NCBI GenBank assembly: GCA_009859145.1
Contig: VRVR01000025.1
Coordinates: 264,131-328,130, forward strand
From: Andalucia godoyi And28
Lineage: Eukaryota > Protista > Jakobida
DNA length: 64,000 bases
Direction of reading: 5' to 3'
Position 1 is the stretch's first letter; the number at the start of each line of letters is the position of its first letter. The notes beneath the pieces were generated by a model. That model made no database searches, was not told the DNA's origin, and was given only the letters and a program-made list of their open reading frames with translations. The translations under genes were made by a program, and so were the position numbers. Shown here piece after piece: positions 47,756 to 59,000 of the stretch.

Positions 47756-50041
47756 CTACATAGGGTTTTGTCTCCTTAGAAAAAGCCGAGAACCACCGGT
47801 CTCTTTCACTGTCCATAAGCGCTGCAACGCCGTTTCCAAACAGTCGTGTAGCCACGTATCTCCCCAAAGGAAATGCACGTCATACCTCAAATCTTTGCAT
47901 CGTTTTTCGTGTTCTGAAAGAACTTTCCCATGCTTACGAATCGAAGTGAGAGGGATCTCAGACTTCCCGGCCTGTTGTTGGAGCGTCCTGAGAGCATTCT
48001 CAACAGCTGAGCTGGTTGTAGTGATCACCAACTTTCCTAGGCAGACATCGACATCAGGAATTGTGCGTAAAAGAGCACCAAGTACCTGCGCCATACCCTT
48101 TTCAGCTTTCGCGATTGCAACTGCAATATAGGGAGAACTTTTTTGAGGAGGATTGTCACGATGGGTCTCTGGATCACCGCCATCCATTTTCACGGACGAC
48201 TTTTTCCCTTTGCACTGCCAGGCATTAATTTCAATTAGGGAATCCGATAATTTTCTCAGTACGAGACCGTCGATGCCTATTTCGTTTTCCCATTTGAGCA
48301 CGACGTTTGTGTACTGATTAACATCATCCATTCCCAGCAGTAGATCCTGATTGGATGCCTCGCGTAGCCACAGTTTGTCGTCTTTGCCGATGAATACACT
48401 GGACGAACTGTGTGATTGACACCCGCTACCAAAAATTCGGTGAATGCGTGGAAGCATCAAGTCCTCAAGGTCAAAACCTGCGTTCGTATCTGTGCCACCA
48501 TGTACCATTTGGCAGACCGTGAACATGCGGACAAAGTCCAACACCGGTGGTGCGCCTTTGCTGAAATACGTCTCGGCATCACGAGGCCGTGATAGCTGCA
48601 CATGCGACGCAGAGAAATTTTCATCTACCAACGTCTGCTCGACATACAACAGTCCATGTTCCACCCACTTATGAATCCAAGAGTCAGCTATCCCTTCGTC
48701 GCATCCTAGTAATCTACGCAAGTTAGCAATAGCTTCCGAGTGAGAAATGCTTACATCCTTCGGCACAAGAAAAGCTTTGCCTTTTGTTGCCCAGTGTACA
48801 ATTGCTTCCTCCAGAGCAGACGACTGACGAGACACAGTCTTTCGCATCAGATTCACGAAGGCATAAAACGGTGACTCAGTATTTGAAAACTCGTAGGCAG
48901 GAGAAACCAGTCGCGGAAAATCTGGAGCTGCTGGGTCAGAAACACGGCTGTGAACCGCTCGACCGATGCCGCCAGTGAAATGCATCGCCTCGGAAACCTC
49001 TTCGTCAGAAAACTCGCGACCATACCGACACTTCATGTATGATTTGAGCTGTGCACAATCACGTATCGCTGCCACATGGTAGTATTGACACAGGGATTTG
49101 TTGAAGTCTGCGTACCTACTGTATCTTGGGTCTCGCATACTCTCGAACAACATGGAACGAAGGTTGGCAGAAGAGCCAGTGAGGATCGCAAGTGAACCTG
49201 GGACATGTTTTGCAAAATACTCCAATTCAGCAATTGCTGCCACACAGACATCATTAGGATCGACGACACCAGGAACGAACAAAGATTGAACTTCGTCCAC
49301 TATGATTCCAACGGAGAACGGCAACTTACCAACCACCTTACGTAGATCCCAGTCTTTCAAGAGATGAACAGCGTTGTTAAGATCGTCGAGCCGGTGGCCG
49401 AACACTTGATTGAAATCACTGCCACGTTGTCGAACAAAAACCTCACGAAAGAGGAGACTCAGCCATTTCAGCGCTACAGGCCTGTCATATGGACTCTTAC
49501 AGTCGACATAGACGAGAAAAAAAGTACTAGAACATGCCGCCACCGCCACCGCCAGAGCTTTCACAATTGTTGTCTTTCCAGTTCCCTCAACACCATCAAT
49601 AATCGCATGATCCGTATCGAAACTCCTCTCTCGATTCCATTCCCTTTGCAAAACCATGCGGACGAGCTGGGTCAATAAGTCGGACAGCATGGAATTGCTT
49701 TGCTCGTAGATTGGAGGCAAGTACAATGGATGGTCGATCGATAATGTTCGCATCGCTGCCCATACTGACCGGAACGTCGCTAACACTTCTTTGAATAGGA
49801 ACACTCGCTCCTCGATCAATACATGTGGAAGGACAAGAAGTTTCTGATACACCGCTCGCGCATCTCGACACACCGCCAAAACGCCCTGCAATTCGCTGGT
49901 CACATTGTACGATTCCGGAGTTTGAGCGACTGCGTGTTGAAGAAAAAGAAGAGCGGAGGTGCTGAATGCTTCTCGGCCCAGTTGTTGATCCTCCTGCTCT
50001 GTGAGCAGGAGACCTTCCACCATAGAAGTGAGGTTGCTCAT
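47756..50041 (-). CDS. Helical N-terminus + P-loop NTPase + PD-(D/E)xK-type nuclease (Crinkler/RHS 'CR' effector-like architecture)
   Basis: Walker A GVEGTGKT, Walker B IIVDEVQ, ILTGSS and TGGIGR. C-terminal GIDGLVL...INAWQCKG fits a restriction-endonuclease-fold D..QxK motif. The ORF is uninterrupted (761 aa from ATG 50041). Confidence 0.75.
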   Translation of the reverse strand: MSNLTSMVEGLLLTEQEDQQLGREAFSTSALLFLQHAVAQTPESYNVTSELQGVLAVCRDARAVYQKLLVLPHVLIEERVFLFKEVLATFRSVWAAMRTLSIDHPLYLPPIYEQSNSMLSDLLTQLVRMVLQREWNRERSFDTDHAIIDGVEGTGKTTIVKALAVAVAACSSTFFLVYVDCKSPYDRPVALKWLSLLFREVFVRQRGSDFNQVFGHRLDDLNNAVHLLKDWDLRKVVGKLPFSVGIIVDEVQSLFVPGVVDPNDVCVAAIAELEYFAKHVPGSLAILTGSSANLRSMLFESMRDPRYSRYADFNKSLCQYYHVAAIRDCAQLKSYMKCRYGREFSDEEVSEAMHFTGGIGRAVHSRVSDPAAPDFPRLVSPAYEFSNTESPFYAFVNLMRKTVSRQSSALEEAIVHWATKGKAFLVPKDVSISHSEAIANLRRLLGCDEGIADSWIHKWVEHGLLYVEQTLVDENFSASHVQLSRPRDAETYFSKGAPPVLDFVRMFTVCQMVHGGTDTNAGFDLEDLMLPRIHRIFGSGCQSHSSSSVFIGKDDKLWLREASNQDLLLGMDDVNQYTNVVLKWENEIGIDGLVLRKLSDSLIEINAWQCKGKKSSVKMDGGDPETHRDNPPQKSSPYIAVAIAKAEKGMAQVLGALLRTIPDVDVCLGKLVITTTSSAVENALRTLQQQAGKSEIPLTSIRKHGKVLSEHEKRCKDLRYDVHFLWGDTWLHDCLETALQRLWTVKETGGSRLFLRRQNPM

Positions 50042-50154
50042 CTGCTGGTTCCCTTTTGTCGCTGTTTCCAAAGAAATCAGAAATTCGTTGAAATTGAGCA
50101 AGAAATCACGATTTATTATAGCAGACGGGGAAACAGTGGTTTCTCAAAAAATTG

Positions 50155-50196
50155 GCCGTCTGATGTGTCGCACGCTTGATTGCTTGAGTCTACAAC
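50155..50196 (+). repeat. Left TIR core (42 bp)
   Basis: GCCGTCTGATGTGTCGCACGCTTGATTGCTTGAGTCTACAAC is the exact reverse complement of 52345-52386. Confidence 0.97.
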
Positions 50197-52344
50197 TTGC
50201 TCCCGCCCTTTTTTTTCCCTCTTGCGATTTACGATATTTTATCAAGCACAAACAAAAATTAAAATTAAAAAAACAGAATTAATCATTGAAACACCAGTGA
50301 GCATGGAAAGCTCATATTTCAACATGCAGAATTCGCATGGTAACGTGCCGTTCGACCCGTTCCAAGCTTGGAACAGGGCTGTGGAACAGTCTTCGCACCC
50401 CACGTCACTTACTCCGGTTCCGCAAGTTCCCGCAGCACTTCAGCAGCACCTTATCCAACAAGGACTCTTGGCACCGGTCTCCCAAGGAAATCTCCAGCAA
50501 CGGCCCCAAAGAACTTTACCAAAATTGCCCGTTGTTTGGAGGCACAATGCAGCGGAAGCCCAGTTGATGCAGAATCAGCAGCGTTCCACAGTAATCGCGA
50601 CGGCCGTGTTACCTCGTGCCCAGAGCGAACAGAATCTGTATCCCATTTCACAAGATCAATTCCCCGAACTTGGACAGACTACAATTCGAGATTTCATGTC
50701 AAGGTCTGCAAGGAAACGTCAATTGCAGGAAGCGCAACATGCACAGAAGCTCAAGGAGAAAGCAGATGAAAAGGCGGCCCTGTAAAGCGTCGAAGAGGAC
50801 AAAAAAGAACAAGCAATTGCCGAGAAAACAGCAGGGCATAGAAAAGAACACCCGCCAAAGGATGAAATCTCGCAGCGCGACAAAGAGCTGTTGTGGAACA
50901 ATCTGATCCTCGGAAATGCCAACATCAGAGAACTCGCAAGCGTGATGCAGCACAAGGAGACGACACTCCGAAGAACATTTGATCGGATGCGGAAGCGACA
51001 GGAAAGAGGAGAGGATCCGCTCGAGCCAGTCGCACACGGAGCGGCGAATCCAAAGTGTCGACGGCCGAGAACCTTCTCTGACGACCATCTTCTTTGGGCC
51101 GCACGGCAAATGGCGGTGAACAGCTCCCTCCACTACGTCGATGTGATGAAATTGCTGCAACAACAATTCCCCGAGCTTCAAGCACTTGATCCGCATTCAA
51201 GCTCAAAAACATTGAAATATTGGATGCACGATTACTTGGGATTTCGAGCAGCTGACTTCTACCCGGTACCAGTCAGCAGAAACTTGGCCAAGAACATCGA
51301 CGCGAGATTTGACTATGCGACGACGATGATGACAGAAAAACGACGGTCTTATGACCAAGCCATCTTCATCGATGAAACCCCGTTCAACTACTGCGTCCAG
51401 CCGGTCAAAGGACTCAGCGTCCGAGGTTGTCGACCGATGCTGCCGATTGGCACACTTTCCATTCCGAACATCACTGCAATTGTTGCAGTCAATCGCACCC
51501 GCATCGTGTACTTCGAATGCTTCACGGGAGGTGTCAATGGGATGACATACGCACTGTTTCTTCAGAATCTGTTCAAGGAACTCACCTCCAAGGGCGAATT
51601 GCCACGGCAAGATGGGGCTCGACAGCTGATTCTTCAGGACAACTGCGCATTTCACAAGACCAGCATCGTGCAGTCTGTCATTCCGCAAGATGTGGAACTA
51701 GGCTACATACCTGCATATTCGCCCTTCCTGGATCCATGCGAAGAAGTCTTCAGTATCTGGAAGTACTACTTTTCCAGACTGCTGACGACCATTATCCCAA
51801 CATCGAAAGAAAACCTCGTCGATCTCATATGCAAGTCGTACTTCGAGATCACCACCAAGCAAATCCAGGGGGCGTGGGATCATACGCTGTCGTTCTTTCA
51901 CGACTGTTTGTGCCGGCTACCAATTTCGTCCCGCCGACTTCTCGATCACATTCACGCAGGTGACGACAAAGAAGCTGCAGCTATTCGCAAATTCGGAGAA
52001 TGGGGCCTTGAGCAAAGACCCGGGGTTCTGCGCGGAGCCGTCGAGGCCGGCGTAGAGGCCGAAGATGATGTCACGGACGACGCTCTGCAAGAAACGGGGC
52101 ATCAGCCTCCCTTTGTGTCGCTCCAGGACACGAAATCAAGCATCTCAGGTCAAGAGAAGACCTTTCCGGACAGACAGCGTACTGGTGGTGGTGAACAAAA
52201 TCATGACGATGATGACGACAAGTGAAACAGCAGATTCCCTGCGAAGATAAATTCTCCAAAAAGAAATCGAAACGAAGCATTGCCAGGCAATTTTGTACAC
52301 GGGCGAATTGGCATAAAAAAGATTAAAATGTTTCAGGGAGACAT

Positions 52345-52386
52345 GTTGTAGACTCAAGCAATCAAGCGTGCGACACATCAGACGGC
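52345..52386 (-). repeat. Right TIR core (42 bp)
   Basis: Exact reverse complement of 50155-50196. Confidence 0.97.
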
Positions 52387-53028
52387 AAATGAGACACTGT
52401 AAGTGACAATTGCAACAATTCACCTGACTTGGGGAATGGGTTATGGATGGGTAATCGGCTTTTTGAGAAGACAGTCGCTGTCACAAGCTGTCAAGTGAAA
52501 AAAATGCACGGGCAGTCAAGGATGCAACTGCAGCGTGATGTCATCCTCGTCGCACGCATCACCCCAGTTAAGCTGCTCTCGCAGATCGGAGCCGGATCCT
52601 GACGATTTCCTGCTCGGACTGAGGCAAGTCATTCGACATCTTTTTCCGTTTGCTGACACCGCTCTTGTTTGTTTACAAATGCAAAATCTTATCAGACACT
52701 ATTTGAGAGTTAATAAAATAAGAAAAGAAAAAGAAAAGAGAAAAGTCCAGAAAGATCAAACTCCGGGTTTTTGCCCAGATGGTGTGGGCACCGCCGGAAC
52801 CTGGATCGGTGGGTCACGGACTCATGGCCGAATGGGTGCCACTCTGGCAGCCAAATGTTTTGCTTCAAAAGGCAGGCACCGAAGTTGTTTCGGCTTCCTT
52901 CCGATCCCTTCAGGCCGTCACCTTCGTTCATCTACTTCCTCTCCCATTTTCTCTTCTTCAAGTATACAAATCGTAAAGCTCCTCGCAATTTCAGGACAGC
53001 GTCTTTTTAAGGAGTGCCTTCATCAGTT

Positions 53029-56000
53029 ATGGATAAACCACGTAGGATGGACAATACCTCCTCTTCCTCCTCTTCCTCTTCTGCGATTCCCAGTAACCCT
53101 TCTTCAAGTGGTGATGTTCGTGCGCGCCGCGAGCGCCCAATTTTTCCCAGCCGTGATTCTGCTGTCCGGGACTCTGACCTCCATCGTCCAAATTCATCTT
53201 CTTCGGTGCGAGTCCCCTTAGACACTGCTGTCAATAATGCACCGGCTTTCATTCCGACGAGTGGTAGTGGCACAGAAGACGACATGATAAAGGCTTGTCG
53301 TGCAGTTGTTTCACGCGGAGCATTTGTGACGATCCAAGATCTCCGCTCGGAATTGGCGAAGCTTGGGTGGAAGATTGGTTCCAAGAATTTGCATCGTCCT
53401 ATGTTTGAGAAGCTGCTCTGCCTTGAGAAGTGGTTGCAGAAAATTGATGAAAGCATTCCATGTATCTTTCTGGGATCGCATTTTCTGACATTGTATGATA
53501 TGGAGATAGCGATTCGAAGCCTCCCCGAGTTTAAGAGTGGCAAAATCAATCCATTTGATCTTTTTGGGAGTCTGGTTCATCATCCACAAATCAAAGCGAT
53601 GATCTCGAAGGGTGACGTTATCCTAGATCCGATTTGGCAGCGCGAGGGATGGTATCCACCTGTTCACGGTTATGAGACCATCGAGAACATTTTGTCCAAA
53701 TTTTTTGAGGCCTGTCGCCGGAAGCGGTCAGAAACGAGGGATTTGAATGCAAAACTGGATGATGCTGAGATCGTCTCTGTTTGCACAGATGGTCTTGATG
53801 AGTTCGCCGCAAGTCATTTGCCATCGTACCCGGGCATGAAAGAGCGACTGTCCAGGTCTGGAGAGCCCTTTTTCTCCCATAAACACGTTGGCGGAATCAC
53901 GCGTTATCGTAGATGGCCGATTGTTACAATTGGTATCATGCGTACTGGCCGTGATATTTGGAAGAAGGATCTCCTCGAAATTCAAAGCCTTTTATCTTCT
54001 CGTAGGCAAGAGTATCAGTCACTCACTTCCGCCGCTCAGGATATGCTCAGGAACTTGTCGAGGACTGTCCAACTGGGTGAGTCTCCTGTCGAAATGATGG
54101 GAATCACTCGAAAGTTCGTTTCGAATTTATTGGCGAAGCACTTGAAAACAGTTACAGAGTCTTCTCATCGACCGAAAAAACACAATTCAGACACAAGACA
54201 TGCAATTAACAGAATTCTTGAATCAGAAACGTTTGCGACATGCATCTCTTCGGTGTTAATGCCTCTTATTCTTGTCGCTGGAAAAAATTGGCTCTCAGCA
54301 ACAGCATCTGCAGGGAAGGATTCGACCGATGCCATCTCGGAGTTCTGTGTTCTAGCTGTCGTTTTACCTGAAGACTTATTCCCGAAGTTGGACTCTTTGT
54401 TTAAACGTTTCCGAGTCCGAATCGACAAGTTACGTAATCTTGATGAATCACGACAAGAGTCCGGTAACCGGACACTTTGTTTGCGTATGATTTTGTTTGA
54501 ATTTCTGGAAGCTTTGCAAGAGGCGTACATCAAGTTGTCGAATGGCTCTCGTTTCCCCTCTATTTGGGCATTCTTGCAAGAAGGCATTGGCAGGGATGTT
54601 TTTATCGAAAATGTGTTCGAGATTTTCCGATCGTGTTTGTCTTTGCAGGACAATTTGCGTACCAAAACCGCAGATGCACCTTTTACCGACGGATCACCAT
54701 TTATTGAGGATGATGATCGTGCTGGATTAGGATCTGTTGTTCAAGACGAGATTCTTGTAGACACCTTACGATACCAATTTTCTGTTTTGACGAACAATCC
54801 TCCAGATTTCAATCTGTTTCCTAGTTCCGGAACGTCCTTGCATCGGCTTTTTTCTATCTTGGCGGACATTGAAGTTGACGTATCTAGTCGATTTTCCAAG
54901 ACTGCCTCTTCCTTCAGTCAGTTGTGCAACCTCTCTTTTGTTAAGTTTCTCGTTGATCATTTCGCTGAGCTGTCTCCAGATCTCGATAGTTTCGCTAGCG
55001 AAGTAGTTCATGTTCCTCTGAGCAGCGTTTTTCAGCGAACGGATTGTTTGAGTATCGGCGAACAGAGGCAATCGTATATTTTAGTGAGGTTTTTGGCCTC
55101 TATTGGACGTGATAAGGCGTTTGTTACTGCCCACAAGGATGCAATTAAGCGCAGGCTCTTCGGAGAAAGGTGTTATCTGGACGATGCTGCTCAGAGAACT
55201 CTGTTTGCGGCCGTCAACAATATTTTTTCGAACAGCAGCTTGTGCGGGGCTAACGAATCTTTCAGTCAGGATTCCATCTTCATCGTGGACGCTCCGATCT
55301 TACTGGAATGCGCTCTGGAATCTTCGTCAAATTCGAATTGTATTTGCGAAATTGCAGATGATGCAAGATTCGCATCCCAAGTAATTAAGGTGGCGGGAGA
55401 CTTGCAGCGCTTTTCTGATCTCATTTGTGAACTTGCTTCGGTGCCGTCATGTGCAGATTTGTCGCTCGTAATGGATTGGGACAGATTGTTTCAGCCGCGC
55501 TTTGGGTCACTGATGGATGCGTTGTTGGAGGTGGCGTTAGCAGTTGCTCAAGATGCATGTCTTGGGAGTGCCGTCCAGAGACGTTTATTGTCCTCTCACA
55601 TGTTTTTACACTTTTCCGATTCCTCTTTTGTGAAGATTCCCAAAAACAGGACCATGGAGCAATTCCAGTCTTGTGTTGAGCATTCTCTTTTTAAGGAAGC
55701 AATCGAATGTGCCATTGCTTTGACATTTTCGTTGGCAAAATCGGGCTCGACTTTCGAGATTGCACGGGCATTGGTAACGAGTACTGCTTCTGAATTCCTG
55801 TCCAAGATTGATGTAGTGAATGCAAGCAGATTTGTCGCTGATCTGATCCTGATCTGTCCGTCGCAACTCATCATGTCCGTCGGTTATGAGATTTTTTGTT
55901 GCGCTCTCTTCTCCGCACATCCACATGGGGCAGATGAACTGGCTGATTTGGCAAGTCGATCGACTTTACATGCTGTGGCATTGCAAAGTGTTTACAGGAG

Positions 56001-59000
56001 GACAGGTCATGTTGTATCCGCAATGGATCGATTGGATGAGGTCAGTTCACATACTTCTGTCTCGCAAATGCAACTTACGATTCTTCCAGGTCCGCAGGGT
56101 ATCGTTCACGACTTGTCGCCTCAACTGCATGTCCCATCTTTATCTTTGATTGATGACCCATTCCATTCGTCCACTCACGAGATTCCACAGCAGGATGCCC
56201 GTTTATCACAGTGTTTGGTTGGCGACGAAGTCGACTCACTCCCTTCTGCACGTCAAGTGTTAGACGACATCCGATACGGTCTTGGCGTTGGTCTGGCTCG
56301 AGATTCCAACTCACCGTTGTCTAACTTGCAATCTATGATGACTCGCGCTTTGGACAGATTGTCTGCAGGTTTGTATTCAAAACAAGTGCACTTTGTTCTC
56401 GAACTGATCCAAAATGCGGACGATAATCAGTATGAGCCACTCGTTGCACCCCGAATCTGTTTCCATCTATGTGCCAGTGAGCTCCTCGTAGAATGCAATG
56501 AAATTGGTTTTTCGAAGGAAAATGTGAAGGCCATCTGCAATGTTGGAGAGAGCAGCAAGCTAAGGCAACGCGATAAGTTTGATTCTTCCAGTGACCGAAA
56601 GATTCGCCGTATTGGGTTTATCGGTCAGAAAGGGATTGGCTTCAAATCTGTTTTCAAAGTGACTTCAACACCCATCATCCACTCACGGAACTTTCATTTC
56701 ATGTTTGACTCCAAGGATCGGTCAATGGGATACATTGTTCCAATTCCAGTTGATCCTCCTACAGACTGGCAATCTGAGATTGGATTGACGAGAATGTGTC
56801 TTCCGTTTTCTGCAGAAACAGACTTCACTCAGATCAGGACGGGTCTTGACGAGATGGATGCTCCTTTGCTACTGTTCCTTGCGAACCTTACAGAAATTTC
56901 TATTCGTATTGACAATCGAAATGGACATTCTTATTATCGACAGATGCGAATTGATCGTTCCCGCTTGGATGATTCCGACATTATGGCAGTGTCTCAAAAG
57001 AAAACGACAGTGGATTTGAATTCACGGAACTGCGTTGCCTCCGACTTGACTGAGACAATCTGGTTAGTGAAATCTATTGTTTCTACTTGTCCGGTGCGCA
57101 GATCGCTGGATGATGATGGGTGTGACCGAGTCAGCAGCGATACTGAAATCTCGATTGCTTTCCCCATTATGGGATCTTGCACAATGGCTTCCAAATCGCA
57201 CATTTCAACAAGTTCTGAAGATCAGAGCAATCGTCGACAGTATCCTGTGTTTGCTTTTCTGCCACTTCGACATTATGGTTTCCGTTTTATTGTGCAGGCC
57301 GATTGGGTGATTCCAAGTTCTCGGGAAGCTTTGGATTCTTCGTCTCCGTGGAATTGCTGGATTCGAACCCAATTGCCGGCACTGGTTGCCAGATCAGTGG
57401 CCAATCGCGTGTCGCATGTTTTTGAGTCGTTTCGTTCAATTTCCGATTGTTCTCCGTGTTTTGACGATCTTGTTGAAGAAGCAATATCAGATGAACGAAG
57501 CCACCCTAACAGTAAGAAATCGGGAGGTAGCAGAGGCATTGATCATCCCTCCTCCCAATTCGACAAAGAGGTTCAACACTGGTCAACAATGGAATCGATT
57601 GTCGATATGCGCAAGCAAGATTCCTATCATTCTATGTGCGAGATCCTTTGTTTACTTCCTCTCCAAGGAGAACTTATCGAGTTCTTCCAGGGAATGGAAC
57701 TCCAGGTCTTCGCAGAATGTGCAGGATTCAGAATCATTCCCTGCATCCAAGAAGATGGCCAAATTTCATTGGAACTGCCTTCTAAATGCCTTCTTCTTCC
57801 TCAAGATGACAATGTGAGCAGTTTTTTGAAGAAATGCTTACCGACTCTGCACCAACACGGGCTTTATCTTGTCGACTCAGATTTCATGTTGCCCGAAAAC
57901 TACGCGAGAGCTCTGGGTGTTCACTCACTGGACGTGGCTACGTTCTCAATGCTGCTCACAGATGCCTGTCAAGATTGTGCAAGCGTCAAGAATTTCAATA
58001 TTCCTCACGTTATTGATATCATTGCCGCGATGAGTCAGACGAAGACGTCTCATGATGTTTTTCGTGATAAATTGAGCAAGATTAGATTCCTACCTCTTGC
58101 TTCTGGTAGATTTTCTAGTTTTAGTGAGATCAGGGATTGCTTCTTGTGGGATGAAAGGGTGATACAACGGATTGCAAATAGCGAACATCAGCAAACGCTT
58201 TTGACTATTCTTCCAATTCTTGACTCTGAATTTTCTACTCATTGCTTGGCAAATAAGCAAGTCTCTGAATTTCTGATGAAATTGTTTAGTGTCGGAACTA
58301 TTGGTGACCATTCGAGTTTCGTGTGGGTCCAATCGCATCTTTTGCTGAATCCAACTTGGGCGTGTGACGCTATTCCGACGACAGTGCTCGAATCGTTGTA
58401 CAGACTTGTGGACTATCATATTCACGACGCGAATCTTTGCCGTCGCTGTTCGAGAGATGGTGGTCGACTGTTCATCAAGAATCTGATCAGCACTGGCTGT
58501 TGGTTGCCGTGCGAGACAACTGTTGGAGAAGGAAACGAAGTCGACGGAGTCTATCATGTAACGCGTGAAAATGTATGGTGGATTTCCGCGCCGCATCAAG
58601 TGTCTGCTCGAGGATGCAAGGTTATCCGTCGCAGAAAGTGTGAATTCGCTATTCCATTGGGATTTTCTTGGACAGTTGTCTCTCCTGAAGTGCAAACTCT
58701 TGGATTCTCGGTCGAGTTACCGATCGTGGAAATGTTTGTCGTGCAGGAGAGACAAACACCACTTGTAGTTTACATGCAGTCCTTGAAAGACTGTTTCCCT
58801 GCAACGATGCGCTCAAATCACATCATTGAACTCCTTCAACAATCAGAACGGCTGCTTAAGGATCATCCAAATTCTGTCGTGAACGATGTCTTTTCTCCAG
58901 AGTTCCTTCATGTTGTTTCGTTTGCTTGTACATCGATAGAAAACGGACAATCCCTTATGCAGCGGTTGTTAACCGACGAGGCGTCTTGGCCACAAGATCT

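Larger units (their letters stand above)
50134..52399 (+). mobile_element. Tc1/IS630-type DNA transposon (DDE_3, DD33E) with terminal inverted repeats
   Basis: Transposase motifs IFIDET, ILQDNCAFH and PAYSPFLDPCEE. The frame is open from ATG 50303 to 52225 except for one in-frame TAA (50783-50785). TIR cores are at 50155-50196 and 52345-52386. The right end finishes CACTG|TA (52395-52401). Confidence 0.92.

Noticed and set aside
50134-50153. CAGTGGTTTCTCAAA as the terminal repeat of the hAT element at 45-47 kb
   Set aside because: It resembles hAT termini but faces away from the hAT gene, has no partner near 45030, and is contiguous with the Tc1 TIR core.
42881-50785. Alternative genetic code (TAA/TAG = Gln) explaining the in-frame stops in the CACTA and Tc1 ORFs
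   Set aside because: MIOX (TAA), CCDC86 (TAA) and MCEE (TAG) end at their family-typical C-termini, so TAA and TAG are normal stops here.
39850-52400. Fanzor/TnpB RNA-guided nuclease as cargo of the CACTA, hAT or Tc1 elements
   Set aside because: No ORF shows the RuvC D-E-D motifs with the CxxC..CxxC finger and NRDxNAAxN-type ending. The 761-aa ORF has P-loop and REase motifs instead.
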